From an uncultured delta proteobacterium (GTDB lineage Bacteria > Desulfobacterota > Binatia > UBA9968): a DNA stretch of 64,000 bases. Location: NCBI GenBank assembly GCA_963745035.1, contig CAVUVW010000005.1, forward strand, positions 64,001-128,000. The letters are read 5' to 3'. How positions within the stretch are numbered: the first letter of the stretch is position 1; each line of letters begins with the position of its first letter. A program made the translations under genes and the position numbers. The notes below the pieces were generated by a model, which did no database searches, was not told the origin of the DNA, and was given only the letters and a program-made list of their open reading frames with translations. Shown here one piece after another: positions 31,199 through 40,980 of this stretch.

Positions 31199-31756
31199 AT
31201 GAATCCACTATTGATAATCGCTGTTCCTCTAGGGTTGGTGATCCTGGGCATGATACTGAACAGCTGGGATCTCGGTTTCAATCAACCGCCGAGTTCCACG
31301 GAGCAAGACGCAGTCAAGAAACTGACCACGGAAAAGGAGTCCTACCGTAAATTCTTTGATCAACAGAGAAGCCGGTCGGTAAAGCGCCAGAAACGGGTTG
31401 GCCAGTATGGCTGGTTGGTGATGGCCTCCTTCATCGGCGCCTTCATCTGGCTTTATTCGGATACCGTGAGCAAGACGAGCCTTTCGAATCGAATTGCCGG
31501 GCTTCAGACATTGGCTACCGAAGAAGGCAAGCAGATGGTTCTGTCGGTGACTCTAAGCGACGGAAACAACGTCAAATACCTGATCAAGCTGCCCCAGGCC
31601 GATAAGTTGCAGGCCACCGCGAAAGAAGCCCCTGCCAACGAAAAGATCTCATCCTGGGAGATCGAGAGATTAGGCACGGCTCTAAGCACCGGCGATAATC
31701 CATTGCCGCTTGGCGTCGCGCTGAAGATGTCTCAATTCGCCGTCAATCCCAGTTAG
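31199..31756 (+). CDS. Hypothetical membrane protein with two TM segments
   Basis: AGGAG SD; hydrophobic segments; followed by a hairpin. Confidence 0.7.
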   Translation: MNPLLIIAVPLGLVILGMILNSWDLGFNQPPSSTEQDAVKKLTTEKESYRKFFDQQRSRSVKRQKRVGQYGWLVMASFIGAFIWLYSDTVSKTSLSNRIAGLQTLATEEGKQMVLSVTLSDGNNVKYLIKLPQADKLQATAKEAPANEKISSWEIERLGTALSTGDNPLPLGVALKMSQFAVNPS

Positions 31757-31785
31757 ACGCGAGATTTCAGGAAGCCAAATCAGAG

Positions 31786-31822
31786 CTGAGGCGCCTGATC
31801 GGCGCCTCAGTAAATTCTTTTT
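31786..31822 (+). terminator. Putative intrinsic terminator
   Basis: CTGAGGCGCC-TGATC-GGCGCCTCAG followed by an AT/T-rich tract. Confidence 0.6.
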
Positions 31823-31913
31823 CGACAGGGTCCACTATTATACGGCAAACTCAGCCGGCTATGATGACGTTGAAGCAACAAGGCGAGAACGAATCTGTCT
31901 TTTGCTTAGGACA

Positions 31914-32015
31914 AAAACGCCGGACAATTTAATCGCGATGTCTTCGCATGGGCGATCCGGCGTCAAACGCTGGGTGTTCGGGAGTGTCTCGACCGCTGTG
32001 ATACGATCGACTTAA
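31914..32015 (+). pseudogene. Universal stress protein (UspA) C-terminal remnant
   Basis: KTPDNLIAMSSHGRSGVKRWVFGSVSTAVIRST*, matching the Usp G-x2-G-x9-GS motif region. Confidence 0.7.
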
Positions 32016-32168
32016 AAGGACAAAACGATCTAGTCGATGATGATTCTCGTCCCATCGGACGGGCGACCGGCCCCTGACAATTAAGTGAACTGGATCGATC
32101 CTGGCGTGTTAGCTGATTGGCTAATCTTCGACACTGAGGTACGTGCTTTTAGTGGCGTTACGAGAAAC

Positions 32169-32198
32169 AAGGAGGGAAGCGCTTGGCTTTCCCCCTTA
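32169..32198 (-). terminator. Terminator downstream of hsp20
   Basis: AAGGAGGGAAGC-GCTTG-GCTTTCCCCCTT hairpin. Confidence 0.5.
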
Positions 32199-32224
32199 GT
32201 TTCTGTTTGACGGTTTACGATGAA

Positions 32225-32671
32225 TCAGTTCAGGCTTATAGCGATCTGTCTTGGCTTGGCCTCATCGGCTTTGGGAACTTGTACTTCAAGTATTCCGTCT
32301 CGATAGGTTGCTTTGATGCCATCGTGCTTCACGGTTTGCGGCAGGTGGAAGGATCGAGAAAATTTACCTGCAACCCGCTCGACCCGGTGGTACTCGACCC
32401 CATTGGCCGGCTCTTCAAACTTTCTCTCGCCACTGACTGTCAATATCCCTTCGTTCACTTCCGTTTTGAGATCCTCGTTTCTCATTCCGGGTAGCTCGGC
32501 GCGAATGAGATACGAATCCTTACTTTCAAGAATGTCCACAGGAGGATACCAGACTCCAGCGGCAGCACTCTGTTGCGCCCGTGTCCGACCGAACGTGTCT
32601 TCGAATAGCTCGTTGATACGGGACTGAACTCTGTTTAGACCCTCGATCTGATCCCATCTTACTAGTTCCAT
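32225..32671 (-). CDS. Hsp20/alpha-crystallin small heat-shock protein
   Basis: WYPPVDI.E, AELPG, ER..GKFSRSF.LP, A.Y.DGIL. Confidence 0.95.
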   Translation of the reverse strand: MELVRWDQIEGLNRVQSRINELFEDTFGRTRAQQSAAAGVWYPPVDILESKDSYLIRAELPGMRNEDLKTEVNEGILTVSGERKFEEPANGVEYHRVERVAGKFSRSFHLPQTVKHDGIKATYRDGILEVQVPKADEAKPRQIAISLN

Positions 32672-32712
32672 AATTAGCTCTCCTTTTTTAAACTTTTTCT
32701 TTAGGTAGCGGG

Positions 32713-32741
32713 AAGTTAATCACGGCCTGTCACCGTGTCAA
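32713..32741 (-). promoter_or_regulatory. Putative sigma70 promoter of hsp20
   Basis: Minus strand TTGACA-17 bp-TAACTT. Confidence 0.55.
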
Positions 32742-32789
32742 GGAAGGAAAAGTAGGACAAGTTAAGTTAGCCCCGGTTTGACGGACGCT

Positions 32790-33411
32790 GTCGATTATAA
32801 GTCACGATGCGCGGCGAGCCTACATTCCGGACACAGCGCGCAATCTCTTGGTGACCGTTGATCTCGAACAGGGGACCGTGCTTGCTGAAACGCCGGTCGG
32901 TGATGGCCCGTCTCATCCCATTGTCACCCCGGATGACAGCGTGGTCTGTGTCGCTAATTCTCGATCGCACGACATATCACTGGTGGACGCGCATACGTTT
33001 CAGCTGTTGGCCACGATTCCGAGCGGTGAAGCGGCTAACCAGACGACCTTGACGGCAAGGGGAGACGTTCTGCTGGTAGCAAACTTCTTCGAAGACTCGG
33101 TGACCATCGTGGATCTACCGAGTAGGACCCGCGTGACGGTCGTGGCGGTGGGACCGTATCCGCACGGCCTCGACATGGCTCCCGGTGACCGCTACGTAGT
33201 TACCACCCATTTCGGCGATTCGTGGGTCAGTATCATCGACGTGGCGGAACGCAAAGTCGCTGTGCGGGTGCCGGCCGGGCTCGGCTCTTCGCACACCAGC
33301 TTTTCGCCCGAAGGCGACCGCGCCTACGTCGCCAATAGTCTCGCCAACACCATAACGGTGATCGACTTGAACAGCCTTGAGGCGACCGCTCAGATAGTCG
33401 CGCTACAGTAG
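32790..33411 (+). pseudogene. YVTN/YncE beta-propeller, probably N-terminally truncated
   Basis: About four repeats of VG..PH....PD...YVANS..NTITVID; no clear start. Confidence 0.65.
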
Positions 33412-33695
33412 TTGGCCGCTGAGGGGGCGGAGACAAAGTCGGCGGCATTGGTGAGCAGTGTCTTGATATCCAAACCGCCGCGGATATAAACGAGGCTGAC
33501 GTGAAGCCCTTCTCTTTGAAAAAAGCTCTTCTGCCGCGCGGTCTCTAAAATAGGAAAGTTGGTGATGGATTTGCTCGGGTAAGTGACGACGATTTTTTCG
33601 GCGGATGACACGCCCTGCCCCTGGGCGTCCGCCGCAAGGACTGCGGCCACAATAGCGTTTAGCGCAATCAAGCAAAGTTTGCATAGGGTCGGCAT
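33390..33695 (-). pseudogene. NitT/TauT solute-binding protein, N-terminal remnant
   Basis: Signal peptide plus QKSFFQREGL.V.LV; similarity ends abruptly near 33430. Confidence 0.7.
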
Positions 33696-33925
33696 GATTC
33701 TTCTCTTCAGCGCGGAGTCGATGCCGCGGCTTGATGTGTTAATGGAATCGATGTGCGTTGCTGGTGTGTGAAACCTTATTAGCCGGCGATCTTGCGAAAT
33801 GTCAACAGCAAGCACATGGAGATGCGCGAATCCAGGGCTTGCCGCGGACGCGGGATTGATCTATTTAGAAGATAACCTCAAAGCAAATCAGTCGCTGAAG
33901 CTACACAACCTAAAGGAGAGCACCT

Positions 33926-35059
33926 ATGAAAGACGGGTTCAAAGTCATCGACGCGGATCGGCATATTTTGGAGCCGACGGATCTTTATCAAAATTATCTG
34001 CCGGAAAAGTTCAAGCACCGCGTGCGCCTGGCGGGGCCGAATCAGACGGTGCGCGAAGTGGACGGCAAGCCGGTATCCGATTCGGCGCTCCGCCCCGGTC
34101 GCGCCATGGAAGATTATGGCTATATCTTTTCGTCGTCGAAGCGCTGGCGCGAGTGTTTCGCCGACGCCTACGCCAACAAGTTCGACCCGGCATCGAACCT
34201 CCGCGACATGGACCGCGAAGGCATCGACGTCTCCGTGCTTTTTCCGACCATCGGCCTCTACATCATGTGGCGCGACGACATCGATCCGGAGTTGAGCGCC
34301 GCGATCTGCCGGGCCTACAACACCTGGCTCGCTGATTACTGCGACCACGACCGCAAGCGGCTGCACGGCGTCATGCTGATTCCGCTGCAGGATCCGGCGC
34401 GCGCCGTGGAAGAATTGAAATACGCGCGCGAGAAGCTCGGCTTGGTCGGCATCTTCTGGCGGCCGAACAAATTCTGCGGCCGGACATTCGCCAGCTCGGA
34501 TTATTATCCCATTTACGACGTTGCCTCGCAGCTCGGCGTGACCGTGTGCGTGCATGAAGGGGCGCGCACGATTTTGCCCCAGGCCGGCAGCGACCGCTAC
34601 AGCGAGTTCGGCCGCCACGTGGCGTGCCATCCACTGGAACAGATGCTCGCCTGCTTGAACTTCTGCGCCGACGGAGTGCTCGAGAAATTTCCCAAGCTCA
34701 AGGTGGCCCATCTCGAATCTGGCTGCGGCTGGGTGCCGTTCTGGCTCGAGCGCATGGACGAACACTGGGAGCACGAGTCGCACGGCTCGGCGAAAATCAC
34801 CAAGGAAAAGCCCAGCCATTATTTCAAGCAGAATTGCTGGGTGAGCTGCGAAGCGGGCGAAGAGCTGGCGCCGGCTTTCATCGAGCACGTCGGCGACGAT
34901 TATCTGATGATCGCCACGGACTACCCGCACAGCGACGCGATCGACAAGTTCCCAGACAAGACGGTCGGCGCGATCAGCAGCAACGACAAGATCGCCGCCG
35001 AGTCGCGACGCAAGATTCTTTGGGACAACCCGACAAAGACGTTTGGCTTAGGCGCGTAG
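33926..35059 (+). CDS. Amidohydrolase_2 family protein (LigW/ACMSD-like fold)
   Basis: IDADRHILEP, DMDREGID..VLFPT, AYNTWL, HLESGCGW, ATDYPHSD. Confidence 0.9.
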   Translation: MKDGFKVIDADRHILEPTDLYQNYLPEKFKHRVRLAGPNQTVREVDGKPVSDSALRPGRAMEDYGYIFSSSKRWRECFADAYANKFDPASNLRDMDREGIDVSVLFPTIGLYIMWRDDIDPELSAAICRAYNTWLADYCDHDRKRLHGVMLIPLQDPARAVEELKYAREKLGLVGIFWRPNKFCGRTFASSDYYPIYDVASQLGVTVCVHEGARTILPQAGSDRYSEFGRHVACHPLEQMLACLNFCADGVLEKFPKLKVAHLESGCGWVPFWLERMDEHWEHESHGSAKITKEKPSHYFKQNCWVSCEAGEELAPAFIEHVGDDYLMIATDYPHSDAIDKFPDKTVGAISSNDKIAAESRRKILWDNPTKTFGLGA

Positions 35060-35088
35060 ATTGCGCGCTCGTTCCATGCTCGACTTAC

Positions 35089-35125
35089 GAAGGCCCGGGT
35101 CCTCACGATTCGGGCCTTCTTTTTT
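35089..35125 (+). terminator. Intrinsic terminator
   Basis: GAAGGCCCGGGT...ATTCGGGCCTTC followed by TTTTTT. Confidence 0.7.
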
Positions 35126-35185
35126 CCCGGTGTCTCGATACACGGGAGGTCCTCATGAAACTCACGACCTAAACTATTCCGGTCG

Positions 35186-36235
35186 ATGCGACGAAGCCTG
35201 CTCGGCGTTTCAGCGGCGCTGTTGTTGGGCGGTTTCGCCGCACCCGCCGCCGCGCAGACATCTTTTTTTCAAGGCAAGACCGTCACCATCATTCAAGGGC
35301 GCGATCCCGGCGGCAGCGGCGATCTCCGCACCAAGGCGGTGGCGACGTTCGTGCAAAAGTACCTCCCCGGCAATCCGACCGTAATCATGGAATACATGCC
35401 GGGCGCGGGCGGGCGGAAAGCCGCCAATCATCTTTTCCGAGTCGCCAAGCCCGACGGTCTCACCATCGGCAATCCGAGCATCGGCATGATCTCCAGCGCC
35501 GTGCTCGGCGAATCAGGAGTGCAATACGACATCGACAAATTTTCTTATCTCGGCTCGCCGTACAGCACCTATCATGCCGTGTTCGTCAGCCGGAAGCAGG
35601 CGGGCTTCAACAGCATCGAAAAACTGCAGGCCGCCACCGGCATCCGCATCGGCGCGCAGTCGGTGGGCTTCGTCACCTACAACGAGGGGCGGCTGTTCGC
35701 CTATCTGCTGGGGCTGAAAGATCCGCGCTTCGTAGCTGCCTACGGCGGCGCGGAAATCGATCCGGCGCTTTTGCGCGGCGAGATCGACGCGCGGGCGACC
35801 GGCGCCGACACGGTGACCCAGCGCAACCGAGATTGGCTCGAAAAAGGCAATATCGTCGACTTTCATGCGATCCTCGAGGTTCCCAAAGGGGAAAAGCATC
35901 CGGACTTTCCCAAGGTTCCGGAGATCGACACTTTTGCCAAATCAGATCTGGAGCGCAAGGTCGCCAACATGGCGCGCGCATTCAGAATCGCTGGGACGCC
36001 CTTCGTGCTTCCTCCCGGCACGCCGAAAGATCGCGTGGAGGTCATTCAAGGCGCTTTCCGAAAGGCGTTCCAGGACCCGGAATTTTTCCGGGAATACAAG
36101 AAGCTCACCGGCGACGAACCGACGCCGCTCATGCCCGAATTGCACGAGAAAGCGGTAAAAGACATTCCTCGAGAACCGGAAGTCGTGGAGGTTTTTAAGA
36201 AACTCGTCGGCGCCGGGCCGCTGCCGTCGCGCTGA
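35186..36235 (+). CDS. Bug/TctC-like tripartite tricarboxylate transporter receptor (possible true start 35155 with an indel)
   Basis: FFQGKTVTII..PGG..D, YMPGAGG, KPDGLT, PPGTPKDRV. Confidence 0.85.
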   Translation: MRRSLLGVSAALLLGGFAAPAAAQTSFFQGKTVTIIQGRDPGGSGDLRTKAVATFVQKYLPGNPTVIMEYMPGAGGRKAANHLFRVAKPDGLTIGNPSIGMISSAVLGESGVQYDIDKFSYLGSPYSTYHAVFVSRKQAGFNSIEKLQAATGIRIGAQSVGFVTYNEGRLFAYLLGLKDPRFVAAYGGAEIDPALLRGEIDARATGADTVTQRNRDWLEKGNIVDFHAILEVPKGEKHPDFPKVPEIDTFAKSDLERKVANMARAFRIAGTPFVLPPGTPKDRVEVIQGAFRKAFQDPEFFREYKKLTGDEPTPLMPELHEKAVKDIPREPEVVEVFKKLVGAGPLPSR

Positions 36236-36319
36236 GTCCGAAAGAGCTATTTCGTTCTTGGTAGAATTGCAGTGGTGGAGGGTTGGAGTAACAGGTCTGG
36301 GCCCTCCCGCCGCCAAGGC

Positions 36320-39300
36320 TTAGCTTGCGACACCGCGCGCAAGCGCCGCAGCTCCACGATCCGCAGGAACTGTATGAGGCAGCGAGAAGGTGAAGGTCGT
36401 GCCGTGGCCCGGCTGACTTTCCACCCGAATATTGCCTCTCATCAAGTCGAGATACTCCTTGACGATATTGAGGCCGAGACCGACACCGTTAAAGTCTCCG
36501 GTATGTGCTTCTTTAATCTGCTCGAAGGCTCTGAAGATTCGATCCATATCTTGGGCTTCGATGCCGATCCCCGTGTCGGCGACGCTAAATTCAACACGGT
36601 CGACTGCAGGGACATTTCTAACTCGTATATCGATCCGGCCGCGCGGCGTAAACTTAAAAGCGTTGCCGATAAGGTTCTGCAGGATCTCCTCCAGTTTGGT
36701 CGGATCCGTGACGATGTCGGGAACTCCCGGTTCGACGTCCCACTTAACGTCTAGACGTTTGTTGCGGTTTAGCTGCTCTACCTGACTCTGGGCATGAGCG
36801 ACGATTTCGTCGATGTTGACCGTCGCCGGTTCCAACCCCATTTTCTTCGCATCGAGCTGGGATAACGCCAAGACATCGTTCACGAGTTTCAAGAGAAACT
36901 TAGAATGATGTTGAACCTGGGTCATGGCCTTTTTCTGATCGGCGTTAATTTCTCCGAAGAATCCATCGCCGGTCAGCTCCGCGTTGCCCATGATCACGTT
37001 GAGCGGCGTGCGCAGCTCGTGGGACATGGCGGCGATAAACTCGGCTTTCGCTTGGTTGGCTTCTTGCAGCTCCTGGTTTATTTTTCCGAGCTCAGCGGTT
37101 TTTAGGTTCACTTCCTCGAAAAGCCGCGCATTTTCCATAGCGACGCCGATTTCTTGAGCTATGGATTCGATGAGTTGCAGTTCGTCGGGGGCGAAGTGAC
37201 GCCTAGTTTTGCTGGCAAGGTGTAATATGCCGATTACCCCGTGCTTCGACTTGATCGGAAATCCTGCTCCGGTGGAAAATCCCAGCGAGCTTACCACATT
37301 TCGGGGACTCAGCCGCTTGTATTCTGGGTCATTCTCAATGTCCTCAAACACCAATCGTTCGCCCGTCGCAAAAATCTTCCCGCTGACTCCGGCTGACAAC
37401 TCTCGGTGATCCATGGAGCGGGCGATCTCTTCGTCGAGGCCTTTGTACGCCTTGAGGCGCAGTTCCTGGGCAGACGGATCCCGGATATAAATCCAGGAGG
37501 CGTCGAACCGGAGCGTCTCAACCAACTTAGCAAGCGCCTCTCTTAGGACTATATCGAGATTCAAAGACTGGCTGACCGCCGCGCCAACTGTGTTGAGCAC
37601 GGAGAGCTGCTGAGACCTCGTCTCCGAATGCCGGAACAAGGTCGCCTTTTCAACGGCCACGGCAAGATGTTCGGTCATGGACGTAAGCAACCGTGTTTCA
37701 TCGCTTGTCAGTTTTCGAGGAGAGCGTGCGTTAAAAAGTATGGCGCCAAAGACTCGAGATTGGGTTTTTATCGGAAAAACCGCAAAAAAGCTCTGCTTGA
37801 CGCGGTACTTCGCTTTAGTCGCGCTCAGCGCGGCGTATCGCGGGTCCGTGCGGGTGTCTTCAAAAATCATTGGCTCGCCGGCCTCCGCAACTCGGCCGAC
37901 GATGCCTTCACCGGGTTTGAATGTGCGTCTCGCCGTTGAATGCCCCAGGTCGCCTTCAAAAGAAGCCCCTAGCTCTAATTCATTCATCTCGTCGTTAAAT
38001 AAATAAACCCGCGTGCTCTCAAAACGGAATATTTCCGCGATCTTGACAATTACCGCGTTCAAGATGTTCGTCAAGGACAAGGATTGGTTTACCGTGGCCG
38101 TGACGCTATAGAGCGCGGATATTTCCTTGGTCCTCTGGTCCACCTTTTGTTCCAAAGTCGCATAGGAGTTTTGCAGAGCGTCAGTCATCTTGTTGAATTC
38201 GGCCGCTAACTCCTCGATTTCGTCTCCGGTTTTGATATCGGCCCTATGTTCTAGATTGCCGGCTCCAATCGTCGCCACATCCTGCCGTAGTTCTTGTATC
38301 GGTCTAGTAATCTTTTGACTGACCCACGCAATGATAGCGGCTCCGACGAGCAGGCCCACCACCAAAAATACCAGCGCTGAGCGCTTCAATATTTCCACGT
38401 TGGCTAAAGCTGCGTCGAGGGGCTCTTCCAAGATAACGGCTCCACCCAATTCCGGGACTGGCGCATACGTCACTAACACGGGGCCATCCGCCAGTCCCTT
38501 CCCTTCGTGAGCGGGAGTGGAATCTGACACGCGTAGGGTTGCGCAAAAATTTCTTGACTCCATCAACTTGCCGGAGGTTTGTCCGCTTCAAGACCAGCGC
38601 CGCATCTTTATGGGCGATCAAATTTCCCTGCTCGTCTACTAAGTAGGCGTAGCCCGCAGTGCCGAAGCGAATCTTTCCGAGTCGCTTCCCAGAGAAATGA
38701 CAGATCGGCTTCGGCCGAAACCACGCCGGCGACGCTCTGCGCGGCGCCCCAAAGCGGGATCGCCAGTGTGACATACGGCTGGGCCCGGGGTCGAAGTGTA
38801 GACCGGGCTTATATAATCCTCCCCCTTCAGTGCTTTGATAAACTTGGGCGATTGACTCTGGTCGGATAAATCGGAGGGAAAATAGACTTTTCTGTCGGAT
38901 ACCTTCACGACCTCCATTCCCTGGGAATCGATAATGGAAGCGTGGGTGAAGCTGCTGTCGTTTTTGACCAGGAGACCCAGCAGTAATTGTTGCTCTTTGC
39001 TGCCCAAGGGATAAAGACTTAAGGCAGCGGCATTATCCGAAAACCGGTCGATCTTGCGGCGAACAAAGGTGCGAATTTGCTCGCCGGTGACAGACGCGAG
39101 TTCCGACTGCAACGCGACCGCTTCTTGCCGGATCTGTCTTTCCATATAAGAATAGCCGGCGACGACGACAACCAACAGGGAAACTCCAAAAAGACTAAGG
39201 CCCCACGTCAGGAGGCGACGCCGGATACCGCCGCCCCTAAAGGAGCCCAGCATTTTTTTCCAAAAATCCCTCATAACGGCGGCCCGTGGGATTTCTTCGT

Positions 39301-39394
39301 ACAGCCCGGCTACCATTTCCATGGGAATGTTAAGCCCCCATCGCATAGCCGGCTTGGAGGCGGAGAGGTCCCGGTTCTTAGGCTGGCTCATCAA
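36320..39394 (-). CDS. Sensor histidine kinase (dCache-HAMP-GAF-GAF-HisKA-HATPase), three frameshifts near 38790, 38685 and 38525
   Basis: SHELRTPLN, NLIGNAFKFT, DTGIGI, GVGLGL; Cache motifs YISPVY and GYAYLVD; two GAF-like segments. Confidence 0.88.
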
Positions 39395-39442
39395 TCAGCG
39401 TCCCGGTCTCAGACTCTTCCTCTTTTCCATGGAATTCTTTAA

Positions 39443-39460
39443 AGGCAGGAATTATGCCAC
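39443..39460 (-). promoter_or_regulatory. Sigma54 (-24/-12) promoter upstream of the kinase
   Basis: Minus strand TGGCATAATTCCTGC has exact GG-N10-GC spacing; AT-rich IHF-like tract upstream. Confidence 0.6.
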
Positions 39461-39752
39461 GTGTTCAGCCCATCCATGCAAACACAAGTAGCTAATATTT
39501 AAAGGAATTATTGGTATTCGTCCTATGAAGACCAAGCGCCGTTAGTTCCGAGAACATCAATTATGCCGAAAGTGAACAGATTTGTGGCGATTCAAAGGCA
39601 AATGCTTAAACATACCCGATTTCTCTAACTCTGGGGGCATGAGAGGTCTCGACATGAACTAAAGGCTGGACAACCTACGTCAGCTGCGGCGGATTCGTTG
39701 CGGAGTTATCACGGTCTCGCGACGAGGCTGGCGAACCGAAAAAGCGTTCAGG

Positions 39753-40746
39753 TTACTTAATCACCTTGTCCGCCTGAACTAGAAGGTGCTGTGGGATCGT
39801 AAGGCCAATTTGCTGGGAGGTCTTCAAGTTTATGAAAATTTCGAATTTTGAGGGTAACTTCACCGGCAGATCGCCAGGTTTAGCTCCCTTAAGAAGGTCG
39901 ACGACGTACTCGGCGGCGCGCCGGTACAAATCCGCTGAATTTGCTCCGTAGGAGATCAGGCCGCCGGCCTCGACATAGCGGGTTGCCTCTGTCATAGTTA
40001 CGAGGCGTTTTTTTGTAGCGATCTCGAAAACTTGTTTTGTGTGCTCACCCATCAGTGGATTCGCGACCACGATTAATGCATCCAGAGGGATCCATTTTCG
40101 CAGCCTGAAATGCTCTTGGCAAATCAGGGTTGGGGCCGCGTATTTCAACCGATCGTAAATCTAGTTTGAAAGCCCGCGTTGCCGCTTCATACTCTTTAAA
40201 AGCGACGGCTGGCCCCGGACCATCCGCATCCCAGAGAACAGCGATCCTCAACAACTTGGGTAGCAGTTCTTTGAGCAACTCTACGCGTTTCGCGCTTAAA
40301 TCACGACCGAGATGGGCAAGTCCAGTAATATTCCCGCCCGGACGCGCAAAGCTAGCCACATAGCCGGCCTCGACAGGATCGACGGAACTTATCATTACAA
40401 TAGGAATCGTTTTGCTCGCTTCCTTAGCGGCCCGGATCACTACATTATTCGGCGCTACAATCACATCAACTTTCTGTTGAACAAGCTCGCTCACAAGCCC
40501 AGGCATCCGATCCAATCTACCTTCCGCATAACGGTGCACAATGACGATGTTCTTATCCTCCACGTAATCGAGTTCGCGCAACCCTTGTCGGAACGCGTCG
40601 AACAAGGGCGAGGCGCTTCCAGGAGCACCCGTGGAAGATATGAACCCTATCCGGGGTAGGGACTTCGCCGTCTGCTGAGCCGCGGCGGAGCAGAAAGCAC
40701 CCAGAATGAAACTACTGATTGCTAAAACAAAAATCTTTTCTTTCAC
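39753..40746 (-). CDS. ABC_sub_bind-family solute-binding protein, frameshift near 40090
   Basis: FRQGLREL.Y, DPV..G.V.S.ARPGGNITG, GGLISYG, KGAKPGDLPV, INLKT. Confidence 0.88.
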
Positions 40747-40980
40747 AGGCTACCACGCCTCATTGCTGCTGACTTTTATCGCCTCTGTTACTGACGCCTG
40801 GCCAAACAAGCCCCAGAGCAGGAAAATCCCGCTCATTAGTCTTAATGTTGTCAGCCCAATCAACCTCGTGGGTTGAACGGCATATGCAATCAAGACCAGA
40901 TTTTCACGATTTTAAGCTATGAGCGTAAGAATGTGCAAATTAAATTCTAGGGCAGGTTAGGTTTCCCTGGGGGGTTGCTA

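Noticed and set aside
31750-31812. GTTAGAC at the gene end as an integron attC core
   Set aside because: No complementary RYYYAAC site or attC-like stem is present, and there is no integrase.
32672-32760. CIRCE or ROSE heat-shock element upstream of hsp20
   Set aside because: No TTAGCACTC-N9-GAGTGCTAA is present, and the leader is too short for a ROSE-type structure.
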